DNA of 64,000 nucleotides from a virus (taxonomy: Duplodnaviria > Heunggongvirae > Uroviricota > Caudoviricetes). A program made the translations under genes and the position numbers. The stretch is from IMG/VR virus record IMGVR_UViG_3300021400_000048, positions 120,791-184,790 of that record; one strand, written 5' to 3'. This document shows, piece after piece, positions 28,318-39,946 of this stretch. The stretch's first letter is position 1. Each line of letters begins with the position of its first letter. The notes beneath the pieces were generated by a model, which was not told the origin of the DNA, did no database searches, and was given only the letters and a program-made list of their open reading frames with translations.

Positions 28318-28520
28318 TAATTATTTACCCCATATTTTATATTTTTCTTCTTTAATTCTTTCTTAAACATTTTAAATGCTTTTTTATCAGTAAAGCATTT
28401 AATGCCTTCAACTCTTGAATAAAAATCAACTGCTTTGTCTAAAGCTTCTTTGGTAAGACAAGTATCTTTGTCAGTGGTCTTATCAATAATATCAATTATA
28501 TATAGTTTATACTTTTTCAT
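28317..28520 (-). CDS. hypothetical protein (67 aa)
   Basis: ORF in operon. Confidence 0.7.
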   Translation of the reverse strand: MKKYKLYIIDIIDKTTDKDTCLTKEALDKAVDFYSRVEGIKCFTDKKAFKMFKKELKKKNIKYGVNN

Positions 28521-28524
28521 TATT

Positions 28525-28797
28525 TTAATTTCTCCTTATATGAAAAATTATATAAAATAATCTATATATCCATACAATTGGAAGTACTATAAATAGAAAT
28601 ATTGAAACAATAACACAACCAACCATATTCATATCTGTACGTTCATATAAATCATGTGGTAAAATATGGCTAGGTTTTTTACAATCAGGTGGTGGGAACG
28701 GAAGCTTTATAAAATCTTCAGATATAATTATAATACTAATTGCCAATTCAATTATACTTACAACAGCAATTATAGCTATTAAAATAACATTATTCAT
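28525..28797 (-). CDS. small membrane protein (two hydrophobic segments)
   Basis: hydrophobic N- and C-terminal stretches. Confidence 0.7.
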   Translation of the reverse strand: MNNVILIAIIAVVSIIELAISIIIISEDFIKLPFPPPDCKKPSHILPHDLYERTDMNMVGCVIVSIFLFIVLPIVWIYRLFYIIFHIRRN

Positions 28798-28837
28798 TAT
28801 ATTATTCTCTTTCCCTTAATATATTTTAAAGTCATAA

Positions 28838-29545
28838 TTAGTCCCACCATTCACGAATATGCTTAGAAACATATAAAAAGAATTTATCTAAAGCTTTTTG
28901 TTCATTTTTTTCAGCTTGTTTAAATAATTCTTTTGCTTTTTTATGATTTTCTTCACTGTCCCACTCAGCTCCAAATGCTTTAGTTAAATTTTTATCATAG
29001 AGCACTTCTATAGGAATACCTGCTTTGATAGCATATTGTTCAGCTTTCTTTCTAAATATATCACAGCCTAAATCATAAAAAATTAAATTATCTTTTTCAG
29101 TTGAAAGTATATATTTATATTCTTTTTCTTTTAAATCTTTTAATTTTTCAGAAAAATAAATATAATTGCAAGTATGTTCTTTTGTAAAAGCTTGTTCTTC
29201 CTCTAAGAAATTTGTTTCTTGAAATACTTTGTATAGTCTAATTGCTTCTTCCATTTCAGCAATTTGTTTATTACGTTCTTCATCAATAGTATTGCCAAAA
29301 TGTTTAATGTATACTTTAACAAGTTCTATCTTATATTGTAGCATATCAGTAATGAAAGTCCAATCCCAGTCATGATCCCATTTAACATATGGCATCCAAA
29401 TTTTTTTAGCTTTCTTATTAATAGATCTATTAAACTTTTCTGGCATATATTTCTTTTGTAAAGCTTTTAAATCAGCATTATAACTTTTTTTATTTTGTTT
29501 ATGCTCTTTTTTTATTTGTTTCTTTTCTTGTCTTGTTAAGCTCAT
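28838..29545 (-). CDS. hypothetical phage protein (ends IREWWD)
   Basis: 235-aa ORF with GGAGG RBS. Confidence 0.8.
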   Translation of the reverse strand: MSLTRQEKKQIKKEHKQNKKSYNADLKALQKKYMPEKFNRSINKKAKKIWMPYVKWDHDWDWTFITDMLQYKIELVKVYIKHFGNTIDEERNKQIAEMEEAIRLYKVFQETNFLEEEQAFTKEHTCNYIYFSEKLKDLKEKEYKYILSTEKDNLIFYDLGCDIFRKKAEQYAIKAGIPIEVLYDKNLTKAFGAEWDSEENHKKAKELFKQAEKNEQKALDKFFLYVSKHIREWWD

Positions 29546-29729
29546 TATTTGCCTCCATAATATTAACAGTAGTTGAAGTAGTAGTTATAGTTTCTAAATC
29601 TATCGCTTCATAATAAGAACAATTTTTATTACAACAATTTGGATAATCTTTTAATTGCTTTTCACACCAATGAATTCCTTGATTAATTAAATGACCTTGA
29701 TGTTTACAATATTCAAAAGTTTTATTCAT
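29499..29729 (-). CDS. Cys-rich hypothetical protein (76 aa)
   Basis: AGGAG RBS after class II motif 29751. Confidence 0.65.
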   Translation of the reverse strand: MNKTFEYCKHQGHLINQGIHWCEKQLKDYPNCCNKNCSYYEAIDLETITTTSTTVNIMEANNELNKTRKETNKKRA

Positions 29730-29750
29730 TATTGAGTCTCCTATACTATA

Positions 29751-29763
29751 TATTATACAATAA
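29751..29763 (-). promoter_or_regulatory. class II promoter motif TTATTGTATAATA
   Basis: exact motif. Confidence 0.55.
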
Positions 29764-29782
29764 AAGTATAATAATTTAAAAT

Positions 29783-29809
29783 AAAAAGACTCAAAATTGA
29801 GTCTTTTTT
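29783..29809 (-). terminator. intrinsic terminator ending the tail operon
   Basis: AAAAAGACTC-AAAATT-GAGTCTTTTT. Confidence 0.75.
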
Positions 29810-31568
29810 ATTCATGTTTGCTTCAACTACAACAAATATGCACTGTTTCACCATCTTTACTTCAGCCAGTTCCGCCAATTCTAAAATAGAAAAAAGAGCC
29901 AGATTTTTCTGTGTAGGCAGTAACAGTATATAAGCTATCTCCATTTTCTCTACATAGTGAAACATTTCCACCATCACATATGCGTATATCACTATAGACG
30001 AGTAATTCAGGTGGTAATGGAATTCGGCAAGCATTACTATTTTTAATATTTTTTATTTCACCTATAAAAATACAACCTTTATCAATTTTAATTAAAGTTC
30101 CACTAGCAGTTTTATCTTCACCACTAGTATAATTAATTGTAGTTAAATTATCTGTAGTATTATTAATCATTTTTGTAGTAAATGTAATATGCTTACCAAT
30201 AAGGCCTGAGCATTCTGTAAATTCACCATCTTTTAAATAGATTGGCGAATTAGCATTTCCTACATTACCATAGCTTTCAGTAAATTGTCCATCATCTATA
30301 AATACTAAACGCTTAGTACTTCCAAGATTTAAATTAGTATTATCACTTTGTTTAATTTTAATACCTGTATAACTATAATTTGTTATATTACCTGCATAAA
30401 AGTTAGTTGTTGCTCTAACATCTAAAATATCATTTACAAGACCTATATTATCTACGTTTGAAGGCAATGAACTAGCAAAGCCTTTTATAGAAAGACACTT
30501 ATCATTTACTATAATTCTTTCACTATCTATAATAACATCATTTATATTTGTTCTACCGCGCATTATAATTTTAGGATCAGTACCTGTAGCAGTAGGATCA
30601 ACTAGTAATGTTGCTGTTGTATTTGGTTCACTTTCATAATCTTGCCAGAAGTTGCTATCATCAACATTTGCATCAACTAATAATTTATAGATAGCTGCAG
30701 CACGATTATTTTTACTAATAGATATTGCACTATTATTACTGTCATCTTTAATATCAAATTGTCCAACAAGATCAGTTTTTCCATCAGTACCAATGCTAAA
30801 TAAATCTTTTCTTTGTGAACTTGTTCCACCACCTACTTCAAATAATTTTCCACCAATATTATATTTACCGACTGCAAAACTTCCTTCAATGGTTGCCTTA
30901 GTTCCTATTCCAATAGCAATACTATTTGCACCAGATGCTTCATCTGCACTAATAGCTTTTATAGCTCCAGTACCAGTACCATTTATTAATCTATTTGTAA
31001 TAGGAATACCATTTTCTTCACTCTCTATATGAGTAGCAGTTTCTGTAAGTAAAGAAGCATTAACTGTTAGACAATCTGGCATATGAACTGTTCAAATAGG
31101 TAGGCTAATTATATTTACATTGCTACCACTTGGTGCCTCATTAGATAAGATTAATGCTTGGAAATAATAGTCACTACTATTTTTAGTATCATAGTCAGTT
31201 CCTGTAAAAGGAATAAGCTTTTTTGTTAAAAAATCATCACTGTCTGTCAATATTGATACATAGTCTATTTTAATCTTAGCATAAATAGTGTCACCATCAT
31301 CAAAATTATTTAAAAGTGTAGACTTAGCAATAGAAAAGTTAAAATAATAACCATGAATTACACACTCTACATAATACTTAGTATTTTTTAGTACACTACT
31401 AATAATATAAGAATCTTTTCCTTTAATGCTGCCTCCACTATGAGAAATATTAAATTCAGTGTTAAGTCGAGCTTCTGGATCAATTCATATATTTGGTTCT
31501 GGATTGTTAGTTCTAAAACCACTTGGATAAACTTTTATATCATTACTTAAAATTGTTATATATGACAT
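29808..31568 (-). CDS. tail fiber / receptor-binding protein with YadA-head-like repeat (586 aa, code 4)
   Basis: ASGANSIAIGIGTKATIEGSFAVGKYN..LFEVGGG; last gene of baseplate operon; four TGA. Confidence 0.7.
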
Positions 31569-31570
31569 TT

Positions 31571-32149
31571 TTATTCTCCTATATTATTTGAAATTTCCAT
31601 TGTTCAATCTATTATTAAAGTGTAAGAGGCTTTTGCACTTGTTACAGATAAAATATTTTTTCAGTCATCTTCTTCGGCATTTAGAAATAGGAAGTATGCA
31701 CAAGGCTCATCTTTACTATTATAAATAATAGCTTCATTTACACCAGAGTTATCCCCAGATGTTATAGTAGTATTAATAAAAGCATAAGGTATTCTAAAAT
31801 GTAATGTTGTAGAGCAAGTAGCATTATCAACGGTTTCTTCTGTGCTTTCAACAACAGCATCTGTATTTGTTGTTATAAATGGAGAAGCTTCTACTATTAA
31901 ATTATTATCGGCTGATGGTAAAAACTTTTTATTTGTAGTAACTTCATTATAACTATATCCATTACAAAATAATTTTATTTTATAAGGTCTTAATACTTTT
32001 GCTGCTTCAAATTCGCCAGCTAAGCAATACCCAAGAAACTTAAATAAACTAAGACAGCCACTGTTATGATAAATTTTAGTTGATAGTATACGATTATTTT
32101 GTATAATACTTGTTTTAATAATTCCTTTGTAGCCTAAATTATTAATCAT
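31571..32149 (-). CDS. baseplate/tail-fiber attachment protein (192 aa, code 4)
   Basis: AAGGAG RBS; HNSG..LFKFL; read-through gives IIDWTMEISN. Confidence 0.7.
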
Positions 32150-32150
32150 A

Positions 32151-32846
32151 TTATTCTCCTTGCTCTGTTTCATTATTCTCTATATCAGTCTTACCATCTC
32201 AAATAGTAGAATTAATAATAGTGCCTGGTGTATCTCCCAAAGGCTTTTCACTTAAAACACTCTTTTCATCAACAACATTAGTAGGATTAAATACAAATGA
32301 TACCTTATTTGCATTTGTTGTCTCTGCTGTAACTTTTTGTAAAATACCAACATTTGTATTTGATTTTTCACCAAATCTAAATTCTCTTACTATATTACAA
32401 AGCATTCCAGCCGGTAATAAATAATCTAATAAGTCAATTAGTAATTGTAAATCTGATATTTCTTGTGGCATATACACAGTAAGCTCTAAATTGTCTGCTG
32501 ATATATCATAGCCAATAGATGTTAATATACCTTCTATATTAACTACAGCTTGGCAAGCATCTAAAATTGCTTGTATTGTCCCTTTTTTACGAAGTACTTC
32601 AGATAAAATACTACATAATGCTATTAAGTGCTTTGTATTATATTTATGTTTTGGCTTAAAACCAAGTGTCAATGTTAATAGATCTAAGTACTCTTCATTA
32701 ATATTATCACTAAATGGTAAACTATTAATTAGCTTTGTATTCGTCATTATAGAGTTTAATACAACATCATAGAGACGCCCAATAAATTGGAAGTCCCTAG
32801 ATTGTTTATAATAAACCTCTGGTGTCAAGTGTTCTAATTTAATCAT
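32151..32846 (-). CDS. baseplate wedge protein, P2 gpI-like (231 aa, code 4)
   Basis: YLDLLTLTLGF...LRKKGTIQAI; follows the gp6-like gene. Confidence 0.75.
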
Positions 32847-32848
32847 AA

Positions 32849-35800
32849 TTAATATCTCCTTAATTTAGAAGCTTGATTAATAATAACACCCCTTGTCAAA
32901 TATTTAGCGTCTATTTCTGTAGCTGTAAACTTATTATTTAGATTATTTGGATCATAGAATAAATGACCATCTAGCATACCTTGTTGATTAATTTCAGATT
33001 TTATATTTATAGCTATTGTATTATCAATTGGACAGTTGTAATAGAAACCATTATCTGTACCAAAATGATTTTCAACATAACCAACAATAGCTGCTTCATT
33101 TAAATCAAGACATAAGTCTTTATTAATAGGTGTGCCATCAATTATTTTAATAATACTTGGCTTACTAAAATAAATTATATCTGTACTTGTACCACTTGTG
33201 CTAATTGTTATAGTACTACTTGTTGTAATTTTAGTTACTAGTAATAATTGTTGAGGAAGTGCATAAGGTGTGTTAGCACTAATCTGTATTAAATTACCAT
33301 TATTAATTTTATATACAGTCGCATTATTATTAAATGTTATTTGTGCATGATAGTTAGTTCCGCCTTGAACAAGATATCAAGCAATATAGCCAACACAATC
33401 AGTTGGTAGATTTAAATTCAATGTTATACTATTTTGAGCAGCATTGTTATTAAATGTATATTTAGTAAATAACCCATTATTAAAGTTATTTAATGCAACA
33501 GTTTCATCATTATTCTTAATAACACTTTCTTGATAAACTTTAATTGTTAAATTTGGAGCATCAATGCCTTCTTCTTCATATATTTGTGTTTGTGCTTCTA
33601 CATCAAATGTACCACTTCCTGATATACAATAACGATTTGTAGTTGCCATAAAAGTTTGAGTATCTGCAGTATAATTAATTGCATTTGCTCAGCTACCGCC
33701 TGCTTTAAGGTATTGCAAATTAGTAGTAACTGTATATGTATCATCACCAATAGTTAAGCTTTCTTTACGGAAGGCTTGTGCTATATCTGGTCCAATATTT
33801 AATAGTAGTTTACTTCGTACTTGTCAAGTATCCCCAGGAATAGTTATTTTTGGTAGATCTTCAGGGCTACTCTTATCTTTAAATTGATATTTTGCAGTAC
33901 CAACAGTAGTTCAACTACTACTACTAATTGCAATTGAAGTAGGATCAGTTGCACCATCTGTTGCATTAATAAAGATGTCACCACTTGTTAAATTAATATA
34001 TTTATATTCTTTTATTTGTAAATAATTAGTAGTATTAAATTCTTTATAAACTCAATAATCATCACTAGTATATCCATTAAAGCCAGCAGAAATAATATCT
34101 TCACTTGCAGGCATTTCAGTAATTTCAAAAGCAGTTGTTGGATCATCGCCATAGCCATTAAAGATGATTTCAGTACCACTACCATAAATAGCAAAGTCAG
34201 ATTTATCAATATCAGTAATATAGAAATATTCATTATCGTCTAAGATATAGCTATTTGCTGTAGTTAAAGATTTAATTTTATACTTATTACCAACTTTTTC
34301 AATATTGGCGCTATTTAATGTTCAGCTTATATTTCTATTACAATTTTTAACATCAACTACTACTGGGGCAACAATTTCAATTTGCTCATTAGCACTAAGT
34401 GTAAACATTTTCAATGCTTGTGTTAAGTAAGTTTTTTCTTTAAAAGTTCTGCCAATATATTCTTTAATTTCTGTACCATTAGGCAAAGACTTAGTATATG
34501 ATTTTCCAGTTACACTTTCACTATTCATTAAATTAAAGTTTGGTCTAATAATAGTTCCTGCAGTATAACAAATACTTACTTCTTGAGGTGTTGTATTTTC
34601 ATTTGTACTTGCTGGTGTATAATTAAAATAAATCTTATCACCAACATCTAAAAGATATTCTGTTCCAGCCATTACTACAGTACTAGGATCTGCAAATTTA
34701 ACTGTATAATTAACATATGCAGGGTAAGTAAGAAAGGCACTATAATTTGGTTTTCTAAATTGAATAACTTCATTATCTTTTAAAGTAAGACCCTCATAGC
34801 CTGCTGCAATAGTAAAGTCTGTTCTTAGTTCATTAATTACTCCAGTATTAGGTAAATAAGCAATATTAGTTTCATTATAATTTGCAACAAATTCTGATTG
34901 TTCATTAAATAGTGAAACACGCCCAGCTAGCACATTACGTAAAATAAGTTTATTTGTTAACTCTTCACCTGCTCCATTTGTTGCAAAGTCATATTCTGTG
35001 CCATTAGCAGTTTCAATCTTTGTATAGATTGTAAAATTATTTGTTTTACTAACTTGTTTGATACGAGTATCTGCATTTAAAATACAATCTAAAATTTCTT
35101 GCTCAGGAATTTCTTCACCAAAATCTAATTGTCTTAGATTAAAGTTTTTATAAATAGCAGTTTTAACATTCTTTAATATATCGTCTTCTTCAGCAGTATT
35201 AACTTTTTTAGTAGTTGTAATTTCCGCATTAACTTGCAAATAATTTTTAATACAAACAATTTCATTACTTTTTGGTAGTATAAAATTATGAGAAATAGTT
35301 TTACTTTCTTCTAAGTCAGCTTTGATTTCATTATAATTTTCAGGATTATAAGTAAAAGATTTTTCATACTCATCTTTTGTATTTAAGCCATAAACTGTTT
35401 TGAAAGGATATAGCATTAAATCAAAGTGATTTATACTGACTTCACTATTTTCTAAAATAGGCTTAGTAATATATTTAATGCCATTATCACCAAAAGTGCA
35501 TAATATAGATGATCTATTAATGTCATCTCTGATATCAGATACGATAATATTAGATACTAAAGGCGTTGTATCTACATCACTAACAGTTAATTGATAAATT
35601 TTATTCATATAGTCACGACAAGTAACTAATGTATCAAATGTACCAATTGTCTTTTTATAATTATTATAAGCTTGATTTATTGTTTCAATATTTGTACCAT
35701 TAGTTGCAGCTAAGCTATTTTTAATAGACCATTCATCAGAAGTTATAGAAATTTGTTCTGAGCCGTTATTAATTGATAGCTCTTCCATAACTGTTAAATT

Positions 35801-36619
35801 ATTTGCAGAAATGTTACCATTAATACCATTAGTTCTAATATAATAAATATATAATCCATCTTCAATTAGTTGTCCAATATCTTCTGGGAATTGTACATAT
35901 GGTAAACGTCTATTTGAGTCATAGCCAAATTTAAATACTTTTTCACCTAAGCTTACTGTATTTAAATTTTTACAAATATGTCATTCTTCAAGGTCTTCAT
36001 TATTTAAATTATAAATAAATAAGCCATTTTCAGCAATTTGAGTTTCTGGTAAATAGTATCTATTATTATCATCTAATTGACTTAATGATATAATATCATT
36101 ATTATCACTTTCACAGCTGCATAGCTGACCTTCAATACAAGGAATTTCTACACTTTCATATTTATTATAAATTGTTTTGCTTTCAGTGGTAATATAATTT
36201 ATATCATCATCTTCGTTTTTAATATTAGTAAACTTAGGAATATTAATACCAGTACTGCCAGAAATTACTCCATCTTCAAACTTTGTTCCAATATATTTTA
36301 CAAGTACTTTTGTAGTAGCCGATCTGTAATATTTAATATTATATCCCATCATTTCACAAAGTTTCCTCATAGATTCCATTTGTGTTGCAGATGGCATAAA
36401 GGCTTCCAAAATATTCTTATCAATATTATAGTTTAGTTTATCAGCAATAGCAGTTAAAACTTTTAATAAAACAATACCTGGGTCTGATTCATTTGTTGAT
36501 AATGGATCTCAGCGTTCGCTAATTTTAGCAGCTGTTTCTAATAGCTCATTTCAAATTTGATAAAAATCTTTTTTAGTAGTAGATAATTGAACAGCTTGTA
36601 GTTCATTATTTGTAATCAT
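32849..36619 (-). CDS. large baseplate wedge protein, T4 gp6 / P2 gpJ-like (1256 aa, code 4)
   Basis: ERW(TGA)DPLSTNESDPGIVLLKVLTAIADKLNYNID..EAFMPSATQ..GY; TLVTCRDY; about nine TGA join several track fragments in frame. Confidence 0.85.
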
Positions 36620-36639
36620 TAGTAATAGCTCCTTTTATC

Positions 36640-37026
36640 TTAATTATCGCTCTCTTGGAATAATAATAAATTATATGTATTAATTGAATAATCTATTTGA
36701 TTTACTCCACGGAATTTGCAGTATAGTTTACCACGTTCTTTATCTTGAATAATATCAATATTTTTTCTTTCAACAGTTATTTGTGGAATAAATAAAGCTA
36801 GTTGTGTATAAATCATATCAATAATAGTATCCTTTAAAATAATGCTATTTTGACTAAATAAATAACGTTTAAAAAGTAGTCCAAAATAAGGATCACCAAA
36901 TAATTCACCACGTTCACACTGTAATAATAAAATACTATTTTGTTTAGTTGCTTCCAAATGTTCTGTAGACTTTCAAACATTTGTGCTATTAGTATTAAAC
37001 ATGTTAGGGAAACGAATACTGCGCAT
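36640..37026 (-). CDS. baseplate protein, T4 gp25-like (128 aa, code 4)
   Basis: LLLQCERGELFGDPYFG; GGAGG RBS; one TGA. Confidence 0.85.
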
Positions 37027-37079
37027 AATAAGCCCTCCGTATTTATAGCTATAATAGCTTTATAAAAATTTTAATCATA

Positions 37080-37088
37080 TAATTTAGC
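37080..37088 (-). promoter_or_regulatory. putative late promoter GCTAAATTA
   Basis: upstream of gp25-like gene. Confidence 0.65.
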
Positions 37089-37092
37089 AAAT

Positions 37093-37130
37093 AAAAATAC
37101 TTTTATTAAATATTTAATAAAAGTATTTTT
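37093..37130. repeat. 38-bp perfect palindrome
   Basis: AAAAATACTTTTATTAAAT/ATTTAATAAAAGTATTTTT with no spacer. Confidence 0.85.
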
Positions 37131-37137
37131 ATTTTTA

Positions 37138-37596
37138 TTATTCTTCTTCTTCAAGCTTTAATTTCATAGCATTGACTTCCGCCTCGAGGCTAGAAATTCT
37201 ATTTAATAAATCTTGCATAGTCTGATAACTTATCACAACTGGCTCAGACTTATCATTTTGAGTTTCAATAGCAATACGCGTATTAGCTGGTAAAGTAACA
37301 TTATTAAATACTTTTAATGAATCTGCTGCAATAGCACCTCTATTAGTATTTTCATTTTCAATCTCTGTGCCAAGAAACAGCTTTCCAATTACTACAGGAT
37401 ATTCCATTTTATTATTTTCAAATGCTACTGCTACAACGTCATTTGCTTTATAGCCATTAAATATACCAGGTGGTATTAAAATATGTGCAGTACAAATTGC
37501 TTTAGTAGAATCACCTGCATTTTCAAATAATGGTATGCGCACTGAGCAAGTATTTGAGCTATAGTCTACACTTTGAATTTCTGCTTTAGTTATCAT
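37138..37596 (-). CDS. baseplate central spike, gp5/gpV OB-fold-like
   Basis: CSVRIPL...NDVVAVAFENNKMEYPVVIG; position after hub gene. Confidence 0.7.
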   Translation of the reverse strand: MITKAEIQSVDYSSNTCSVRIPLFENAGDSTKAICTAHILIPPGIFNGYKANDVVAVAFENNKMEYPVVIGKLFLGTEIENENTNRGAIAADSLKVFNNVTLPANTRIAIETQNDKSEPVVISYQTMQDLLNRISSLEAEVNAMKLKLEEEE

Positions 37597-37703
37597 AAGG
37601 TTCTCCTCTTAAAACTTGATTTTAGGCTTAAAATTTGGCTTGTATCGCACTTTAGCTAAAAAAGCTTAATCTTAACAGCTTGTGAATAAGAGCTTGTTAT
37701 AAC

Positions 37704-39014
37704 TTACATAACTCCTCAGCTGTCATTATCACCAGCAATACGTGTTAAAGATAAAGTTGTTTTATATCCACGCTCATCAATAGTATCACGTTGTTGTGTA
37801 ACAATATATAAACCAGAATGAATATGCCTATGGCCACCAGGGAATATTACATTTAGTCTAACAAATGTCATTAGTTGAGCAGGCCTTAAAAGGCCTTGTA
37901 TAGTTAGAGTTGCTTTAATTGGATATTTTGTTATCTTTGTTCATCAAGTAATATTATCAGTCTCTGTAACATTTGCACTATTATCTTTCGCTGATATAGC
38001 AGGCGCAAAAGCATCTTCTCATTGTCCCCTATTATTTAAAATTCTTTTATATTGTTGTGGATGCAATTTTGTTTGATAATCATATAATATAGAGTAGCCT
38101 TCATTTTGTTCTACTGAAAAGTTTGTAACAATTGCTGATGTATTATAGCCTAAGTCTATAGTATAAGCATCAGCATGTTCAGTTTTTAAACTTGTTTTTG
38201 TAACTCTAAAATAAGGACCACCTAAACTAACTGTATCATTATAAAGCTTATCATAAGTAGTATCGTCATGTAAAGTTAAAACATAAAGCTCATTGCTTGT
38301 ACCTTGCAAAGTACTACTACCTGGAACCATACAGCTTACTAAATAGTTAATATAGTCTAATACAGATATATTTACTTTTGCGTCAATATGAACTTCTTTG
38401 TCGCCGCCTTCTATTAGTGCATCTAGATTATTCAAGGACATGCCTGTAAAGATATCTTGTAAGCCATAAGTCTTATTTTTAAATAATTCTTTAATAATAT
38501 CACTTGGCTTTCTATCTCGGGATTCAATAAATGTATAGCTACCACTTTTACATAAGTTTGCGCTAGAAATAGCTGTTACAGTATAGTTAATAATAGCAGA
38601 CATTTCACCGCCATTTCCAAAACTAAATGAAGGATCGACTTTTATAATTAAAGCTTCTTCGTCTTTGTATACATATGTCGGCTGAGTAGCATCGCCATAG
38701 CTAAATACAATTTTACGTGTACTACTAACAGAGCTAAACACTTTTTCAAAGAAGTTTGGGTCATCTGTCGGTGTAACTGGATATACAATATTTAGTGTAT
38801 ATTTATTTACTTGTCCATTAATTTTAATTACATCTAAGCTCCTAATATAATTAGGGTACTGTACATTATAAGCTGTATAAAAACCAGCACTGTTTTTAGT
38901 TGTTTCTTTTGTACGACTAAATACTCCAAATGTATAATCACCAATAGTTACTTTAATTCAAGGAACTTGCACACGTGCTTGAGAAGATAATAAGTTTCTA
39001 TTATTATCAGCCAT
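37704..39014 (-). CDS. baseplate hub protein, gp27/gpD-like (436 aa, code 4)
   Basis: C-terminal SGLYIVTQQRDTIDERGYKTTLSLTR; five TGA. Confidence 0.75.
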
Positions 39015-39020
39015 ATGCTA

Positions 39021-39347
39021 CTACCTCTCATTACCAAAAGTAATACTAGATATACTTGGTATTTTAATAATATCGAAATATTCAGTTAAATTTATAAAAG
39101 CATCTTGTATATCATTAAAGTATGCTATAATTCATCAGTATGTTGGATTGTTATAATAATTTAAGGCTAGTGAATCGAGTGTATCTTCTTGCTTTACTTT
39201 ATGTGCAACTCATGATGTATTTTTAAATAAGTTTGAGCCTAAGCCGTAAATATCTTTTTTATCTTCTTGATTATAATAATATGGAACGCCTGTGTAGCGA
39301 GATATATAGTCAAAGTTTTCATATCTTTTATTTTTTAACTCATCCAT
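39021..39347 (-). CDS. LysM / gp53 / P2 gpX-like baseplate protein (108 aa, code 4)
   Basis: DTLDSLALNYYNNPTYWWIIAYFN with WW encoded TGA TGA (39132-39137); missing from track. Confidence 0.85.
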
Positions 39348-39350
39348 AGA

Positions 39351-39944
39351 CTATTCCTCCGTCATATTCATTCCCTTTTTAAGTGTACTTACCATACCTC
39401 TGAAACCACCATTTTTATAAACTGTTGTTGCATCATATGGATCAACTTCAGAAATAGTTATACTTAATGAAACTTGTGCATATTTATTATTGGATAATAT
39501 AGGCTTTTCATAAGTTAAACCTATTTCACTTGTAAGTACACCTTTACAAAAAATTTCTTCTCCAATTTTTACTGCTATAAGAGGTGGCTCAACAGCTTTA
39601 TTTGATAAATTATATTTAGGTACAGCTATCGCACGAAGAGCTCTAATTAATGCATCAATATAATCTTCCCCTTCTTCAAGCTTAACATTACTTCAACCAG
39701 TATTTAAGTCATCAACAAAGTCTCTATGTAGCTTGATTTGGAATTGTACAGTTCTTGGTCCGGAATAACTATAAGTATAAACAGGTGCGGATCTACCTAA
39801 AGAATTCATTGATGTAAAATTTGATTGCATAGTATCACTAATACTATCTGGCCAGAAAGGCAAACGCCAAAACTGTAAACCTTCATCTAAGTGTGAAATA
39901 TATAAATAATTGTCTGGTGATTGGAAATTACTTTTAAATGACAT
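39351..39944 (-). CDS. tail tube initiator, gp48/gp54-like (197 aa, code 4)
   Basis: P.SISD..Q.NF....LGRSAPVYTYSYSGPRTVQFQIKL; EPPLIAVKIG. Confidence 0.75.
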
Positions 39945-39946
39945 AA

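Noticed and set aside
28525-28797. Small membrane protein as a holin
   Set aside because: No adjacent endolysin was recognised and it lies in a class II operon; hydrophobicity alone is insufficient.
29753-30034. 93-aa minus-strand ORF overlapping the tail fiber end (also 579-761, 11816-12004, 23584-23787, 34012-34233)
   Set aside because: Alternative-frame overlaps of longer supported genes or of promoter blocks, without RBS.
39132-39137. TGA as Gly (code 25) or selenocysteine
   Set aside because: Motifs such as YWWIIA, WGNRT and SNF2 NW require Trp; tandem and numerous TGAs do not fit Sec insertion.
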